A stretch of 64,000 nt of DNA. It comes from Azolla caroliniana. Taxonomy: Eukaryota > Plantae > Polypodiophyta. The DNA lies in the NCBI GenBank assembly GCA_043228905.1, contig JBHGNT010000010.1:22010001-22074000 (forward strand), given 5' to 3'. This document shows positions 62,501 to 64,000 of this stretch, one piece after another. The notes beneath the pieces were generated by a model, which was not told where the DNA came from, searched no databases, and worked only from the letters and a program-made list of their open reading frames with translations. A program made the translations under genes and the position numbers. Every line of letters begins with the position of its first letter. Positions within the stretch are counted from its first letter, which is position 1.

Positions 62501-63128
62501 GGTTAGGACGTCATACATCTAATTTTCCCTTCTCCCCATATGTGAAAAAGACCCATATAAGGAAACCCCGTAATAAATTTTGGACACCTCTCCTTAATAA
62601 ACCTAGAATTAGTAGGATGCACAACCACTCTAATTATTCCCTCTCTAAACATGAGACACAACTCCTTAGCCTGGGTTTGAAACACACCCTCCCATCTTCT
62701 CCACCATCATCCCCTACCCTACTCAAAGAATTTGATGGCCTAAGTAGAACCCTTCAACTTAAACATTTTTTCAAAGATGTGGATAATTCGCCCCAAAATC
62801 CATTTAAGCTACCTAACCCTAGTTGGCAACCTCCTACTAAGTACACTCCCCTAGAAAACATTATAGCTAAACACCAAACTATCTTTAGGGACACACTTCA
62901 TACACTCAAATTAAAACCCACTAGGATTGCACCTCACTTATCACTAGCCTTACAATCTCTTAAGAAAAACAATAAAATCATAATCCTACCTGCTGACAAA
63001 AATGTTGGAGTGTGTGTTCTTGATAAGGACACGTACTATAACAAAGCTATAGAACACCTTTCCGATACTAATACATATAAAAAAGTCTCCCACTATCCAC
63101 TTGAAGAGTTATCCAATAGATTGAAAAG
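56570..63128 (+). mobile_element. Penelope-like retroelement (PLE) remnant, split by Copia D and cut by Copia E
   Basis: 62497-63128 encodes HNHSNYSLSKHETQLLSLGL..F..LSRTLQLKHFF..PF..PNPSWQPP..ALQSLKKNNKIIILPADKNVGVCVLD..Y..LSDTNTY, the PLE region preceding the RT core (DKG-type motif); upstream decayed helical and Asn/Pro-rich ORF at 56590-57850. Confidence 0.72.
58526..62440 (+). mobile_element. Ty1/Copia 'D', non-autonomous deletion derivative lacking RT and RNase H
   Basis: LTRs 58526-58968 and 62000-62440; PBS 58969-58980; PPT 61991-61997; TSD TTGCG/CCGCG; gag, CNYCGKIGHREEEC, WFVDSGAS and integrase, then a jump from HPRWVE to the 3' end. Confidence 0.93.
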
Positions 63129-64000
63129 TGTTGGGGAGAAGGTCATAAATGCGGAAGTGCAAGCAACATTCGTGACGAAGGAATCTGTGTATGTGAGCAA
63201 GATAGACACAGAGGGAGATAGAGAGAGGCACAAAAAACGTTATATTGCAATAGCAATCGTTACAAATGACAACCGACCTTCACTAAAGGATACAAAGTCA
63301 CTTTATATAGTGACTATCATAGGGTAACTGCCCTTTATGCTATTTACAAAAATAGCCCGAACTTGGGTTGTTCAAAGGGACAGTGTGAATACGGCCATTA
63401 TACACTCGTATTCGACACTCCCCCGTAATGGGCATATACATGGGTTATCTTAAAGAATTACAAGTATATATACAAGGTTTATTAGACAGATCGGTTTTGT
63501 CAAAGACGGCAAGATCCGAGGACAGAAGACCGAATCGGTCGGGTCGGAAAAGCTAAAGCCGATCCTCAGAGAATCGATGTCGGTGGTCCGAAACCATCCT
63601 GTGTTGTGTGTCCGACTTTAACCGGACCGATTTCTCGTTACGCCCATATGGTGCCGAAGGGACTGGAAACGATCCGCCAAAAGACACTTGGTCATTCCAT
63701 CTGCGACATTATCGGTTGTGGATATCTTCTCGAGATCGATTTTCCCTGAAATGACGCAGTCCCGAACGAAGTGATATCGAACGTCGATATGCTTAGAGGC
63801 GTTGTGGTGAACCGGATTTTTTGACAAAGCAACATCACCCTAACTGTCGCTGTAGACAACTGGAGCCGAGTCGGAGTCGACCTGTCGAAACGTGTGCACC
63901 AACCGACCGAGCCATAAAGCTTCTTTTGTCGCGTCGGATGCAGCTACATATTCCGCTTCGGTCGTTGAGGTGGCTGTGCACTCCTGAAGTTTTGACTTCC
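63129..64000 (-). mobile_element. Ty1/Copia 'E': 3' LTR (63129-63417), PPT and RNase H; continues beyond the window
   Basis: Minus strand STTEAEY and SKNPVHHNASKHIDVRYHFVRD; PPT GGGGGAG 63418-63424; LTR TGTCGAA...CCCCAACA. Confidence 0.9.

Overview
Eukaryotic land-plant nuclear DNA, probably a non-seed plant such as a fern (inferred from the transposon families present, not proven). About 90% of the window is nested transposable elements around one intact host gene, an intronless MBOAT wax-synthase/sterol-acyltransferase-family gene (51330-52616). Left half: a decayed minus-strand Copia (10245-31306) hosts (i) another Copia that itself contains a solo LTR and a third Copia, and (ii) a 17.4-kb Sola2-like DNA transposon (11448-28847; 25-bp GGG..CCC TIRs, TTCA target-site duplication (TSD), DDD transposase). 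The Sola2-like element also carries a spliced RING-finger cargo gene, an FCP1/NIF-like pseudophosphatase ORF, intronic arrays of the palindrome TAGCTAATTAGCTA and an intronic telo-box array. An RTEX-like LINE sits in one of its introns, and a fully intact, very young Copia (15736-21063) sits inside that LINE. Right half: a decayed L1 broken by Gypsy, Copia and solo-LTR insertions and by a 2.8-kb tandem array of eight tRNA-Arg(CCU)-derived copies (47520-50280); then a non-autonomous hAT element and a Penelope-like retroelement interrupted by two Copia elements. The best candidates for undescribed biology are the cargo-bearing plant Sola2 element, the tRNA-Arg(CCU) array and the Penelope-like element. 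All calls were made by eye from motifs, termini and TSDs; no database searches were run.
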